A DNA stretch of 64,000 nt from a virus (taxonomy: Duplodnaviria; Caudoviricetes): the IMG/VR virus record IMGVR_UViG_3300035497_000162, positions 55,731-119,730 of that record; one strand, written 5' to 3'. A program made the translations under genes and the position numbers. The notes beneath the pieces were generated by a model that was not told the DNA's origin, searched no databases, and saw only the letters and a list, made by a program, of their open reading frames with translations. Below, piece by piece: positions 40,657-52,892 of the stretch. Every line of letters starts with the position of its first letter. The first letter of the stretch is position 1.

Positions 40657-43600
40657 TTGGCAACTAATGGAAATGATGGAAATAATCAAGGTGGTACTAT
40701 AAGATATACTAATGAAGCTGTATCTAGTAGAGGTATCTCTGGAGCTATGCAAGAGAGATCTGTAAAAAGTTCTTTTGCTCGAGATGTTTGGAGAAATGAA
40801 GGTTATTTATCTAGTGCTATAAAAGATATGCAAGAATTAGTAAAATTATATACTAATTTACAAGGTATCACTGATAAAATGTCTAAATCTGAACAAAAAG
40901 CTGCTAAGGATAAATTATCAGCAGCTAAAGACTATTTAGACTATACTAATCAAATTAAAGAATCTGGAGAAGTTTCTGATAAAGAAGCTATAGATATGAT
41001 AAAAGCTGTCAATAAGCTTAAACTTGAAGGTCAGAAAGAGTATGTAAAAATATTAGAAACTGCTCAATTAACTCAAGAAGAAATTGATAAGAACCATCTA
41101 CAGTCTTTAGAAAGTGCTAGAAATGAATATAGTAGTATTAAAACACAAGTAGAAAATACTAGTATACAATTAACTAAGGTATCTAAAACATTAGATGCTA
41201 CAGGTAAAAGTTTTGCTACTAATTTAAGTGATACTTTAAGTAAAGCTGGAGATAGATTATCTAGTTTATCTAATATGTTCAATTTGAGCAAGATAGCAGA
41301 TAATACAGCTAATCAGCAGTTAAAAGAGATAAATACAATAAAGACTTCAGTAAATCAACAATTTGGCTTTACTTCTAGTGCTCAATTTGATGAGTTCGCT
41401 AATAGTTTAAATGATACTCTTAAAGAAATGAATAGTAATATGGATAACTTATTTAGTATGTCTGATATGACTCAATATCTCCAAAACTTATCTGAATATG
41501 GAGTTACTAATACACAATTAGCTCAAGACTCTATGAAGGATTCATTAATAGCTACTAAATATTTAGGAGCTTCAACTGAAACTATGACTCAGATGTTTAA
41601 GTTTATGAAACTAACTAATAATTCCGATACTATTTCTAAATACAATAGAACAATGGTTGGATTAATGAAATCTCAATTAGGATTAAGTGCCGACCAGTTA
41701 AGTGCTTTATCCGAAATAGCCTATGGCTCTACAGAAGATAAATTAGCTTTAGGAATGACAGCAGATGCTGTAGAAGCACAAAATGAAGCTTTATCTATAG
41801 GCGGGTCTGCATTGGAGGCTATGTATGGAGAAGATGTATCGAAATCTATTTTAAGTGCATTTAATGATTTTATGCTTAACCCAGATAGTGAATCTTGGAG
41901 AGCTACTTTAGGAACTGATTATAATAATATTTATAATACTGCATTTAGTGGAACTACTGTAGAAAGTCAACAGAAAGCATTTAATGACTTTTTAAATGCT
42001 ATAGCTAATTCTAATATGGTTGGAGTTACTAGTGGTTCTAGTGTAGGAACAGCCATAGCTAATAAAACCTTGAATGGAATTACTGATTTAAATTCAAGTG
42101 TAATATCTGCTTTAAAGGGTTTTGATGATTCGACTTATCAAAATGAAATTACTAATGCTTTAGATAGTATAAATAGTACAACTGATGAGATGGTAGAACA
42201 ATTTGTAGAACAGTCAACAGAAGCTACTTGGTTAGAAAAAATTCAAAATTGGTTAGAAACTACTATTGGTACAAATGCTTGGAATATGTTACCTTTTTTA
42301 GCTAATGCTGCTTTTACAGCTTATTTAGCATCAGATTTATTAAAAGGTGGTAAATTTATAGTAGACTGCTTTAAAGGTAGTGGTAAAAATTCTATAAGTG
42401 GAATAGTTGAAAATACTGGAAGTACTGTTAGTGAAACTTCATCTTTAGCTTCTGCATTTAAAACAGGAACAGCTGTAGTAGCATTAACCGCAGCTACTAT
42501 AAGTGCTATGGCAACCATTAGTGATAAGCTTACTTCCCAGGCTCAAAGTAAATATGCTAATGAAGCAACTGAAGCACTTGCTGGAACTGAATTTGAAGGT
42601 AATAATGCTTTAATAGGGTCATATGCAACTACTCAAGCAACAGAACATAAAAGTTTTTGGCAAAAGAACTTTGGTAGCTTAGCATCCGGAGCATCATATT
42701 TTGCTAGTGGTATTGTTGGAAGTAAAGATGGGTCTTATAAAAATGAGAAATTAATTAAATGGATGTATGATACTGGATATATTGATAGTAAAGCTAAAGC
42801 TTTAACTATAGCTTATATTATGGATTCTATTGGTGATTTAAGTGCTTTTAATAGTGCAATGGGTACTAGCTACACACATGATGATTTGAAACAGCTATTA
42901 GACACTGAAATTATTACAAAAGATACAATAGATCAAGAAGCACAATATATATTTAATAAAGGTGGTTATAGTTTTTATAATGATGATGGAAGTAGATTTA
43001 AGTCATTTAATTTAGATTTAAATGGATATAAAAAGAACGGTTTAGTTTATGTTCCAAAAGATAATTATAAAGCTTTATTACATCAAGGAGAAATGATTCT
43101 TACGGCTGATGAAGCTAATCAATATAGAAATATGATGAATATAGACAGATATGGTAATACATTAAATGCTGGTGGTTCTATTGGTATAGGAGGTTCTGCT
43201 AATGTAGGTGGAGATAGTGATAGTAGCTGGACTAGTATTATACACTCACCTTGGACTAGAATATCTTCTATGTGGGGTAGTAGACCTAATCCATTTGGTG
43301 GAAATGGTAATGAAAATCATGGTGGTATGGATATAGCAGCACCTCAAGGAACTCCTATTGGAGCTCCAATAAGTGGTAAAGTTTATACTACTACTTCTGG
43401 ATATGGTGGAGGTTTTGGTAATTCAGTATATTTACAAGGAAGTAATGGAATGAACTATATATTAGCTCATATGGTTAGTAAACCTAAAGTATCTTCAGGA
43501 GATTCTGTTACTGCTGGACAAGTAATTGGATATGTAGGTTCTACTGGTAGAAGTACTGGACCGCATTTACATTTCCAAGTAGATGCTAATAATGCATGGA

Positions 43601-43959
43601 ATAAAGCTAATACTGTAGATCCAGTACCCTATCTTAATACTGGTGTATTATATCCAGGTGGAGAAATTACAGGAGTTTCAGGATATTCTAGTAGTAGTTC
43701 AACTTCTAGTAGTTCAACATCATCTAGTGGTCAAACAGTATCAACGACTAAATTCATACCTAAAGCTTTTAAATCTAGTATAGGTGGTCCAGCTGATGAT
43801 TCTAATACTATAGACTCAGCTACTAAGATTACTAATTCAGTAGATAATGGATTTAAAAATTTAATAGCTTATTTAGATAGTATTAGAGAAGAGCAAGAAA
43901 ATCAAAGAGCTTTATTAAATACCTTTGCACAGTCTAGAATATCAGAGTCTAATTTTTAA
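40657..43959 (+). CDS. Tape measure protein with C-terminal M23 peptidase
   Basis: Helical Ala/Ser-rich body; HGGMD, YILAH, STGPHLHF. Confidence 0.85.
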   Translation: MATNGNDGNNQGGTIRYTNEAVSSRGISGAMQERSVKSSFARDVWRNEGYLSSAIKDMQELVKLYTNLQGITDKMSKSEQKAAKDKLSAAKDYLDYTNQIKESGEVSDKEAIDMIKAVNKLKLEGQKEYVKILETAQLTQEEIDKNHLQSLESARNEYSSIKTQVENTSIQLTKVSKTLDATGKSFATNLSDTLSKAGDRLSSLSNMFNLSKIADNTANQQLKEINTIKTSVNQQFGFTSSAQFDEFANSLNDTLKEMNSNMDNLFSMSDMTQYLQNLSEYGVTNTQLAQDSMKDSLIATKYLGASTETMTQMFKFMKLTNNSDTISKYNRTMVGLMKSQLGLSADQLSALSEIAYGSTEDKLALGMTADAVEAQNEALSIGGSALEAMYGEDVSKSILSAFNDFMLNPDSESWRATLGTDYNNIYNTAFSGTTVESQQKAFNDFLNAIANSNMVGVTSGSSVGTAIANKTLNGITDLNSSVISALKGFDDSTYQNEITNALDSINSTTDEMVEQFVEQSTEATWLEKIQNWLETTIGTNAWNMLPFLANAAFTAYLASDLLKGGKFIVDCFKGSGKNSISGIVENTGSTVSETSSLASAFKTGTAVVALTAATISAMATISDKLTSQAQSKYANEATEALAGTEFEGNNALIGSYATTQATEHKSFWQKNFGSLASGASYFASGIVGSKDGSYKNEKLIKWMYDTGYIDSKAKALTIAYIMDSIGDLSAFNSAMGTSYTHDDLKQLLDTEIITKDTIDQEAQYIFNKGGYSFYNDDGSRFKSFNLDLNGYKKNGLVYVPKDNYKALLHQGEMILTADEANQYRNMMNIDRYGNTLNAGGSIGIGGSANVGGDSDSSWTSIIHSPWTRISSMWGSRPNPFGGNGNENHGGMDIAAPQGTPIGAPISGKVYTTTSGYGGGFGNSVYLQGSNGMNYILAHMVSKPKVSSGDSVTAGQVIGYVGSTGRSTGPHLHFQVDANNAWNKANTVDPVPYLNTGVLYPGGEITGVSGYSSSSSTSSSSTSSSGQTVSTTKFIPKAFKSSIGGPADDSNTIDSATKITNSVDNGFKNLIAYLDSIREEQENQRALLNTFAQSRISESNF

Positions 43960-43972
43960 GGAGGTAAAATAA

Positions 43973-44515
43973 ATGGGTGAAACTTCAATATCAAAGAAAA
44001 AGAAACTAGATGGAGATGAATCTGGAAAATTTACTAGTTATATACGTAATAATTTAACACAAACTATGATAAAGTTTCCAGTTACTCCAACTAATATAAG
44101 TGAATCTGTATCTGCTAATTTTACTCAACAGGATATAATAGGAGCATCAATTCCTAGAATAGTATATTCAAATACTTCTGCTCAAACAATGACTTTATCA
44201 CTACAAAATTTAACTTCAGATTATGTACAATTAGGTTTTGATAATCTATTAAGCTATGTTAGAGCTATACAAGCTTTAGCTTATCCTAGTTATTCTGGTG
44301 GTATAGTTAAATCACCAGACTTAACTTTAGTACTAGGTAGAGTATCTTATTCTTGTGTATGTACTAATGTTAGTGTTTCTTGGAGTGAAGACGTAATTAA
44401 CACAGGTGGAGGTTCATTTTATAAATCATGTAATATAGATTTACAATTATTAATTACTAGAAATTCAGTACCTGGAGCTACTGAAATAGAAAATTCAATA
44501 GATGGAGATTCTTAG
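43973..44515 (+). CDS. Tail tube initiator-like baseplate protein
   Basis: Position; P.NISES...F..IIG..P..Y pattern. Confidence 0.5.
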   Translation: MGETSISKKKKLDGDESGKFTSYIRNNLTQTMIKFPVTPTNISESVSANFTQQDIIGASIPRIVYSNTSAQTMTLSLQNLTSDYVQLGFDNLLSYVRAIQALAYPSYSGGIVKSPDLTLVLGRVSYSCVCTNVSVSWSEDVINTGGGSFYKSCNIDLQLLITRNSVPGATEIENSIDGDS

Positions 44516-44532
44516 GGATAGGAGGTAACTAT

Positions 44533-46858
44533 ATGAGTACACAGCGGAGCTGTACAAGTGAAAGTAATAATAAATAATCAATCATTGACTATAAAGAAAG
44601 ACCATTTGGTATCTCTTAAAGTAACTAGAGTAATAGGTGATTCTGCTAATGAGTTTACTTTAGAAGCTTTTGATGAAACTGCTTGGCAACTAGAAAATGC
44701 TTTAATGGGAGAACAATTAGCACCAATTACAATTATGTATTCTGCTGCTAATGATTTAACTAAAGCTATTAGATTTCAAGGTACCTGTTTAAATTATCAA
44801 ATGTCTTTTTCTGGAAAAGCTACTTTACTCACTATAACAGGTGTATTAGCTGCTACTGAAGAACAAACAGGCTGGTGGTTTAATTCTCAAGCTATAGAGT
44901 GGTGTGGTTCTGAACCTTATACTACTATTATAGGAAGTACTTCTGAACAAGATTATTCAGTAGATGGTAAAAGCTATGATGTTTGGAGTAATTATGAAAA
45001 CAATGAAGATGTCTGTGCAATGATTAGAATGGATAAAAACAATAATCCTATAGTATATTTTAATCCAACTAGAATATTTGAAAGAATAATCCATACTTAT
45101 AATGGAGATAAGTTAGGAACTACTTCGTCAGATACTACAGTATCATATACACAGGATATATCTACTACTAATGTAACTACTGCTGTATGGAAATTTTTTA
45201 CACAAAGAGGTTTTACAGAAGAATCTACAGCTGCAATAATGGGTAATATACAACAAGAAAGTTCATTTAACCCATATAGCATAGAAAATAATGGTAAAGG
45301 TCCAGCAGCAGGTTTATTTCAGTGGAATAATTATAGTACTCAGTCTGGTAGATGGAAAAAGATGGCTGATTATGCTACCAGTAAAGGTAAAAGCTGGACT
45401 GATTTACAATGCCAATTAGAGTATGCTTTATCTGAAATGCCAGGTCAATTTGAATCAGGTACAGGTAAAATTTATACTTATGATAATGGTACTGTAACTT
45501 GTTGGCCTAATGCAGTTACACTAGACCAGTTTAAAGCTATGACAGATATTAACACAGCTACTCAGATTTTTGAACGAGCATTTGAAAGGGCTTCTTCACC
45601 TTTAATGGATAAAAGAATAACATATGCTAATTCATTTTATGAACAATATAAAAATTCTAAAACTACAGAACAAGCTTTACAAGGTCAAAAATTAACTTTA
45701 TCTAGTTCCATAGATGTAAGATTACAACCAACTTTATTATCATTTATTATAGATACTTTATCTTCTGGTACTACAGTAGAAGTAGTATCTTATAATGGAA
45801 CTTATACTTGTATTAATTATGGAGATAGTAAACGAGGTTGGGTTCTTACTGTTGATTTAAATGCAAGTTCTTCAACAGTTACATCTGGAACTACTACTAT
45901 GTCTTATACTATGTATTCTGGTACAGCAGTAGATGGTTGGGGTACTGGTGGTACTGGTCACTTTAAAATAGGTGAATTTGATAAAAGTAGATGGATAGCT
46001 GGTTTAAATACTAATCAATCAGCAGGGCAGACTGCTGCACAGTATATAACTAATGTACTTTGTAAATCAGCAATATCAGATACTGGAGCCGCTTATGAAG
46101 ATGAGGTAGCTGGATTTAGGTATTATGTAGATGCTAATGGACATAATTTTAAGATGCTTAGATATAATGAAGATCCAACTGATGCTAATACAGTATATAT
46201 CCAGTATGGACAAAAAAATTCTGAGGTTATATCTTTCTCTATCGCTAATTTAGGAAGTGTAGCTATGGTAGGAGTAAACAATGCTGATAGTTCTTTAGTA
46301 GATACATCTGGATTAGATTATTTATATGGAGATACAATTAAGGCTGGAGCAGAAAATGTACTTGATTCAGGAGTAGATGAAGAAGTAATAAATCAAAATG
46401 CTACTTATACTAATTGGTATTCACTACAACAAAAAGCTACATCAGTTTATATAAGTTCTTCTTCAACAGAAAATGAACTTACTTCTACATTAAGTAGTAC
46501 TTGGAATGATTTACAACAGTTTTCTTTTTCAGCTGAATTAACTGTTTGGGGAGAATATAGTAATAAATATACTCCAGGTAATTACTTAGATATATCTATA
46601 GTAGGTCCAACAGGTCAAAAACATTATGCTTCTGGTACCTATATGATATTACAAATACAGGATAGTGTTTCTTCAGATGGATTTACTCAAACTATGAAAT
46701 TATTAAAGAATATAAAAGAAGCTACTTCTAGTAGTAAATCTACTTCTACTTCTAGTTCTGATACTACTTCAGTAACTTCTTATACTACTTTGTCTGAAAC
46801 AGATAGTACTATATTTAGTGCTCTTCCTGGAAGTAGTAAGATACATACAACTAAATAG
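44533..46858 (+). CDS. Baseplate hub with tail-lysozyme and SH3-like domains, join(44533..44544,44546..46858); +1 shift at CGG
   Basis: GGAGGT RBS before ATG44533; AAIMGNIQQES, GLFQW, FERA lysozyme motifs. Confidence 0.75.
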
Positions 46859-46861
46859 GAG

Positions 46862-47815
46862 GTGGAAATAGTGTTTGATATTTTATCTTCTCGTATAGAG
46901 AGCTCAGATTTAATGAAAGAGTCTATGAATAAATTTAAAAGTTCAATACAAACGTTTAATGCTAATGCTTTTTATATGGCTATAGTAGTAGATACCAATG
47001 ATTCTTATAAATTAGGTAGAGTAAGAATTAGAATACCTGCTATACATGGTGTAGATTCATCACAGTCTTACTATACTGAAGATGATTCTTTACCTTGGGC
47101 TAGACCTGCTATTTGGAATGGAGCTGGTAATGATACTGGTCAATTTATAGTACCATCTGCCGGTACTAGAGTATTTGTAACTTTTGAATATAATAGTGAT
47201 GATAAACCTATATACTTTGGTGGAATACCTACTCTTTATAATAAAGTAAAAGAATACAATGATAATCCTAAAATATTCACTGGTGATAATATAGATATTT
47301 ATACAGATGATAGAATTACTGATTTAGATGAATTATCTGCACAACAAGTAGTATATAAAAGTATTAAAGGTGCTACTATATTGATAAACGATGAAGATAC
47401 TAAAGAAAGTATTAAAATAATAGATGCAGCAGGACAACAAATAATAATGGAAAATGAATCTGGTAATTCTTTACCTCGTAGAGGTAATAATACAATACCT
47501 ACTAAAGGAGCTAATATAAAAATTATAACAGCTGGTAAATTAAACTTAGACTGTGATACTTTAGATTTAGACGCCAATAATACTAATTTATCAGATTATG
47601 TCTCAGCAGAAGGTACCGGAGATAAATCATTTATTTATTCTCAATTGTCTGCATCTAAAGAGTGGAATATTAATCATAATTTAAATAAATATCCATCTGT
47701 CACTGTTACAGATAGCTCTGGTAATATAGTAATAGGTGATATTACCTATATAGATAAAAACAATTTAATTATTAATTTTTCTAGTGAGTTCTCAGGTAAA
47801 GCGTATTTGAATTAA
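46862..47815 (+). CDS. Baseplate spike (gp5/VgrG OB-fold)
   Basis: LGRVRIRIP, LPWA, P..GTRV.V.F. Confidence 0.85.
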   Translation: MEIVFDILSSRIESSDLMKESMNKFKSSIQTFNANAFYMAIVVDTNDSYKLGRVRIRIPAIHGVDSSQSYYTEDDSLPWARPAIWNGAGNDTGQFIVPSAGTRVFVTFEYNSDDKPIYFGGIPTLYNKVKEYNDNPKIFTGDNIDIYTDDRITDLDELSAQQVVYKSIKGATILINDEDTKESIKIIDAAGQQIIMENESGNSLPRRGNNTIPTKGANIKIITAGKLNLDCDTLDLDANNTNLSDYVSAEGTGDKSFIYSQLSASKEWNINHNLNKYPSVTVTDSSGNIVIGDITYIDKNNLIINFSSEFSGKAYLN

Positions 47816-47918
47816 ATATTTATAGTAATATAATTTAATTACTTTAATATAAAAACGCTCATATGACCGACCTGAAGCTTTCTAGCTATATTTAAAAATG
47901 AATAAGGAGGAATTAATC

Positions 47919-48935
47919 ATGCCTAAATATTTAGCACCTATAGATTTAAATAATAACGAGTTACAAAATGCAGTAATACAAAATTTAGCTACTGCTCCAG
48001 CAAATCCAATAAAAGGATTAGTATACTATAATACTACAGACAATGATTTTTACATTTATAATGGTGAAACTTGGGATAGTCTTACTACTGGAATATCAGA
48101 CTATAATTTGTTATCTAATATACCTATTACAGTAATATCAAATACTTTTAAACTATCCAAAAATCCACCTACGATTGATTCTATGGGTGTTTACAAAGTA
48201 TCTGGTAGTATAAGTATATACAGTAATTTATATAATGTAAGATCCGGTTTAATTTTTTATAATGATAATAATACTATCATAATAGATGGAGATAATATAA
48301 CGCTCTTACATAATGAGGACGGAGTAGTAACTTCTAAAACAGTGCTTACAGAAATTCCGGATTTATCTGATACTTATATAAATAATAATCAAAAGGGGGT
48401 TGCTAATGGAATAGCTACTTTAGATGATTCTGGATTAATACCATCAGAGCAGTTACCTAGTTATGTAGATGATGTAATAGAAGGTTATTATAAAGATGGA
48501 AACTTTTATTCAGGTAATACATATGAATATGAAATAACGCCTGAAACTGGAAAAATTTATGTAGATTTATCAACTAATCAAGAATATAGATGGAGTGGTT
48601 CTACTTATATATCTATATCGAACCCTATAGATATAGCAACTGAGAATGATGCTACTACTGGAACCAATAATACTAAAGTAATGACACCACTTAGAACTAA
48701 ACAAGCTATAGATTCTAGGTCTTATCAGTCTAATATAGGTGATGGTAGCTCTACTAGTTTTAAAATAGAGCATAACTTAAATTCAAAAAATATAATAGTT
48801 AGATTATATGATAATACTAGTAATGAAGAAATTTATACTGATGTTTATATATCTGATGATAATTACATTACAATTAATACTTCAGTAGCTCCTAGTGAAA
48901 ATGCTATAAAGGTAGTAATATTTAAAGTAAATTAG
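47919..48935 (+). CDS. Tail fibre-like protein
   Basis: KGVANGIATLD..IP..QLPSYVDDV, GKIYVD..YRWSGS. Confidence 0.7.
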   Translation: MPKYLAPIDLNNNELQNAVIQNLATAPANPIKGLVYYNTTDNDFYIYNGETWDSLTTGISDYNLLSNIPITVISNTFKLSKNPPTIDSMGVYKVSGSISIYSNLYNVRSGLIFYNDNNTIIIDGDNITLLHNEDGVVTSKTVLTEIPDLSDTYINNNQKGVANGIATLDDSGLIPSEQLPSYVDDVIEGYYKDGNFYSGNTYEYEITPETGKIYVDLSTNQEYRWSGSTYISISNPIDIATENDATTGTNNTKVMTPLRTKQAIDSRSYQSNIGDGSSTSFKIEHNLNSKNIIVRLYDNTSNEEIYTDVYISDDNYITINTSVAPSENAIKVVIFKVN

Positions 48936-48951
48936 ATGGGAGGAATTAATT

Positions 48952-49671
48952 ATGCCTAAAAACTATGGAACAATAAAAGATGATTATGATATTCCTAATA
49001 AAAAATATGTAGATGATACTTTTTCTAGTATAATACCATATAATGGAATTTCTAGCTTAGTAATAAGTGAAGGTACAACCGATGGAACGATACTAGTAGA
49101 CATAGATGGTATAGCTACAGAAGTAAATGTTAAAGGATTAAATACCGCAGCTTATAGAGGAACCGTAACTTCTTCAAGCAAGACTCATACTAATTATGGA
49201 ACAAATGGATCTTACTTGCCTACGATGGATTTTTTAACTTATTGGAACGGAGCTTATAGTAGTAGTAATTCATCGAATTTAACTTACTGTTATCAAGGAA
49301 CAATACAGGCAAAACCTACAAGTTTATATAGTAATTCAAGTGGTTCAAATGGAACTATTACATTAAGTAGTAGTGCTGCTAATTTTAATTATTTAGAAAT
49401 ATATTATACAAGGTCAAGTGATACTACAAGTGCTACTGACTATGATATGGTAAAAATATCATCTCCAAATAATAAATATGCGTCATTGACCATGAATCAT
49501 TATACATCATCCAATATATTACAAGTTTATGGTGATAAAATTGTAATAAGTGGAACTAGTATAACAAGAACTGCTTATATGATAGCTGGATTAAGTTCAT
49601 CTGGAGTATCTCAATGGACTGAAAATTCTGGTGGTATATTTAAAATATATAAAGTATTAGGATATAAATAG
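48952..49671 (+). CDS. Tail fibre/receptor-binding domain protein
   Basis: Ser/Thr-rich; ITLSSSAANFNYLEIYY..KVLGYK. Confidence 0.6.
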   Translation: MPKNYGTIKDDYDIPNKKYVDDTFSSIIPYNGISSLVISEGTTDGTILVDIDGIATEVNVKGLNTAAYRGTVTSSSKTHTNYGTNGSYLPTMDFLTYWNGAYSSSNSSNLTYCYQGTIQAKPTSLYSNSSGSNGTITLSSSAANFNYLEIYYTRSSDTTSATDYDMVKISSPNNKYASLTMNHYTSSNILQVYGDKIVISGTSITRTAYMIAGLSSSGVSQWTENSGGIFKIYKVLGYK

Positions 49672-49684
49672 AAAGGAGTTTATT

Positions 49685-49981
49685 ATGGCATTACAAAAAG
49701 AAATAGAATTAGATAATGGTGTGGTAGTAAATTATCACAGAATAGTCAGTATAAATAAAATAACAAATAGTCAAACAATTATAGAAGTTGCATCATACAC
49801 AAATGAAGATAAGAGGCAAGAAGAAATTGATTATTATAATAGTACCGAAGAAGATAAATCAATGAATGTTTATATAGACACAAATTATATAAGCATCGAA
49901 TATGATGAAAATAAAAATATAGAAGATTATTATGAGTATTTGAAAACTACAGAAGAATATAAGGATGCAGAAAATGTTTAA
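49685..49981 (+). CDS. Small fibre-associated protein (paralog of 58571 and 60891)
   Basis: MAL.K...NG...YHRI. Confidence 0.6.
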   Translation: MALQKEIELDNGVVVNYHRIVSINKITNSQTIIEVASYTNEDKRQEEIDYYNSTEEDKSMNVYIDTNYISIEYDENKNIEDYYEYLKTTEEYKDAENV

Positions 49982-50016
49982 TAGTTAGATTATATATTAT
50001 ATTAGGAGGTGTAAAT

Positions 50017-50406
50017 ATGTCAGTTAGTGAAGATAAATTAACTAGGTCTTGGTATTCAGAAACCTATGTAGATAAAATAATAGTACCTAGTCTTACTTCT
50101 TGGAGAAGTAGATATGATTTAAAAGAAGAGCTACTTTTATCGAATGGTAGATTAGTAAAAAGAAATATGAGACAGAATGATATTATTCCAGTTTCAACTT
50201 CTGAAGATATGGAACATATAGTATCTGCTGCTGAACATAATAGACCAGATATTATAGCTTATAATATGTATGGTGATGCTAGATTAGCTTGGGTAATATT
50301 AGCTGCTAACGGATTAAATGATATGTTTGAATTAGAAACTAATATGCAAATAATAATACCTTCTGCAACTTCACTATATCAGACTGGAGGTGTACTTGCA
50401 AAATGA
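50017..50406 (+). CDS. Baseplate wedge gp53/LysM-like
   Basis: RPDIIAY..YG...WVILAAN. Confidence 0.8.
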   Translation: MSVSEDKLTRSWYSETYVDKIIVPSLTSWRSRYDLKEELLLSNGRLVKRNMRQNDIIPVSTSEDMEHIVSAAEHNRPDIIAYNMYGDARLAWVILAANGLNDMFELETNMQIIIPSATSLYQTGGVLAK

Positions 50407-50780
50407 TAATTTTTGGAATTTCAGGTCCATCTTCACAAAATCTTCTTACTAATTTAGGTGGAGTTAGAAGATTAACTTCGATAAATAAATTTCATGATAA
50501 TTTAAAAGTCTTATTAGAAACTAAAAAAGGTACTCAAATAGGCGACCCTGCTTTTGGAAGTAATTTATGTGACTTATTATATGAACCAGCTAATGAAATT
50601 ACAGCAGCTTTAATAAGGCAAGAAGTAGCTTCTACTGTGGAATCCTATTATACTAATGTTACTATACAATCTGTAGATATTAAATTTAAAGAGCTTACAA
50701 TACAAATATCTATTACTTATAATATAGTAAATACTAATGTAGGTGATACTGTAATGCTTGAATTTATAAGAGCTAGTTAA
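50403..50780 (+). CDS. Baseplate gp25-like
   Basis: LL.TKKG...DPAFGS.L...YEP. Confidence 0.85.
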   Translation: MIIFGISGPSSQNLLTNLGGVRRLTSINKFHDNLKVLLETKKGTQIGDPAFGSNLCDLLYEPANEITAALIRQEVASTVESYYTNVTIQSVDIKFKELTIQISITYNIVNTNVGDTVMLEFIRAS

Positions 50781-50798
50781 ACGAAAGGAGGAAATTAT

Positions 50799-52802
50799 AT
50801 GTCTTTAGAAACACCACAAGATTTAACTAATTCATACTCAATACTTATAGCTTTAAAAGATTATGCTGAAACTACTAAAGATGTTAATATGTTAGAAATT
50901 ATTAATCAATATATTAATCAATATGAATTAGTAGTAGAGGCACCAGATGATTCAGATTTAACTACTTTACCATATAATAGAAAAGATGCTTATTCTATAT
51001 TAGAATATTTAAAATTACAAGCTGAACAGTTATCTGATGGAAGATGGACTGATTTTTCTGATGCTGATATAGGTACAGTATTTTTAAAAATAATGTCTTA
51101 TTTATCTGATATGAATAACTATCAAGTAGATAAAGTAGCATCTGAGCTATATTTAAAAACAGTTACAGAGAGAGCTAACGCTATATCCCTAGCTTCTTTA
51201 TTGGGATATGAACCTAGACATTATATGTCAGCTTATTCTACTTTAAAAATTACTAATGTATCTGGTAGAGATATTACAGATGGAACAATAATACCAATGT
51301 ATTCTGTATTTACTGATTCTAATATGGAGGTTCAGTATACAACATTACAAGATTATACTATATATGATAACTCAGCTACCTTAAAAGTATATCAAGGTAC
51401 TCCCACCACTTTATCATATTCTATTTCTAATATAGATACTTTAGGTAGAATAGTATTACCTAGTTACTATATAGGAGTAAATACTATTCAACTAAATATT
51501 AATGGAGTAGACTGGAGTAGAGTAGATGATGTTAGGTTTGTAACAGGTGATTTATCTTTTAGTGTTCATATTTCTGAAGATAAATACTTATATATACAAT
51601 TACCATCTTATTGGTCTGACTTAATTACTCAAGGTTCTGTAATTAAAATAAATTATTTAATTAGTTCAGGAGAAAGTGGTAGAATAGGTAAAAATGTTCT
51701 TTCTAGAATTAGTATATTAAACTCTGATGAAAAATCTAATATGAATATCTTATCTAATACTGCTTCAGAAGGTGGATATGACCCAGAAACTGTAGATGAA
51801 ATGAGAGTAAGTTTACCTAAATATGCTAGAACTATGAATACTATAGTTACTATTAATGATTTTGAAGAAGTAGGTACTAATGTTTTAGGTATATCAGATA
51901 TATCAGCATTAGATTATAATGACCCAGCGTCTGGTTTAATACAACCTCAAGATTATTATAAAGTATATCTATATGTATTACCTCAAGCAGACTCTTATGA
52001 CCCATCAGACTCTTATCTATTAAAATATAGAAATACTATTATTAAAGATAGAGCTGATTGGACTATAGAAGATATGAGTAAAGTAGCTAAAGAAGTAGAA
52101 ACTATGTCTAGGTCTAGTATATTAGGCTCTACTATAACTTTACAAGGATTAACTAATACTTATTCAGATATATCTGATATAATCCCATCAATAGATACAG
52201 GGAATGAAGCATTATCTTATTTAATCCCGGTAGTAGATAATATAGAAGATGTTACTGATGAAATAGCTTGTAACATTGATATAGATAAGGATAATGATAT
52301 TATTACTATTACTTTAAATACTAATTGGAGAGATTTTATAAATGATACAGATAAGATAGCTATATATTTTAAACAAGATCAAGTACTTACTGATAAAGGA
52401 CAACAACTAAGAGAATATATAGACGAAAGAAGATTGGCTTCTTTAAATGTTACTTATCACGAATTAGATATAGTACAACCTACTATTATAGTAGATATAT
52501 ACATGGATAAAAATGATGTTAATTTTAATTCTACTTCTACAGCTGTAAAGAATTTTATAGTAAATAAGTATTCTAGAGATAATATTAAAATAGGTGAACC
52601 TATCTTTGCTAGTGTAATAGGTGCAGATATATTAACTAATTTTAATTATATTAGATATTGTGAAGTTAGAGATCCTGAAGAAGCTATAGAGGTTACTCCA
52701 AGAGGATTTATTGATATTATTCCTAATTACTTAAATGAAGAAGGTAATTTAGTAGATAAAATTATAGTTAATGTTCATGATTATCAAAATAGAGTAATTT
52801 AA
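50799..52802 (+). CDS. Baseplate wedge gp6/J-like
   Basis: WTDFSDADIG, LGYEP, GG.DPET..E, IVT..DF. Confidence 0.85.
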   Translation: MSLETPQDLTNSYSILIALKDYAETTKDVNMLEIINQYINQYELVVEAPDDSDLTTLPYNRKDAYSILEYLKLQAEQLSDGRWTDFSDADIGTVFLKIMSYLSDMNNYQVDKVASELYLKTVTERANAISLASLLGYEPRHYMSAYSTLKITNVSGRDITDGTIIPMYSVFTDSNMEVQYTTLQDYTIYDNSATLKVYQGTPTTLSYSISNIDTLGRIVLPSYYIGVNTIQLNINGVDWSRVDDVRFVTGDLSFSVHISEDKYLYIQLPSYWSDLITQGSVIKINYLISSGESGRIGKNVLSRISILNSDEKSNMNILSNTASEGGYDPETVDEMRVSLPKYARTMNTIVTINDFEEVGTNVLGISDISALDYNDPASGLIQPQDYYKVYLYVLPQADSYDPSDSYLLKYRNTIIKDRADWTIEDMSKVAKEVETMSRSSILGSTITLQGLTNTYSDISDIIPSIDTGNEALSYLIPVVDNIEDVTDEIACNIDIDKDNDIITITLNTNWRDFINDTDKIAIYFKQDQVLTDKGQQLREYIDERRLASLNVTYHELDIVQPTIIVDIYMDKNDVNFNSTSTAVKNFIVNKYSRDNIKIGEPIFASVIGADILTNFNYIRYCEVRDPEEAIEVTPRGFIDIIPNYLNEEGNLVDKIIVNVHDYQNRVI

Positions 52803-52892
52803 TATTCTAGTAATATAATTTTATTATTTAAATATAAAAGTGCCTAGATTTTTATTCTAGTGCACTATACATATATTAGAAAGGAGGTTCTT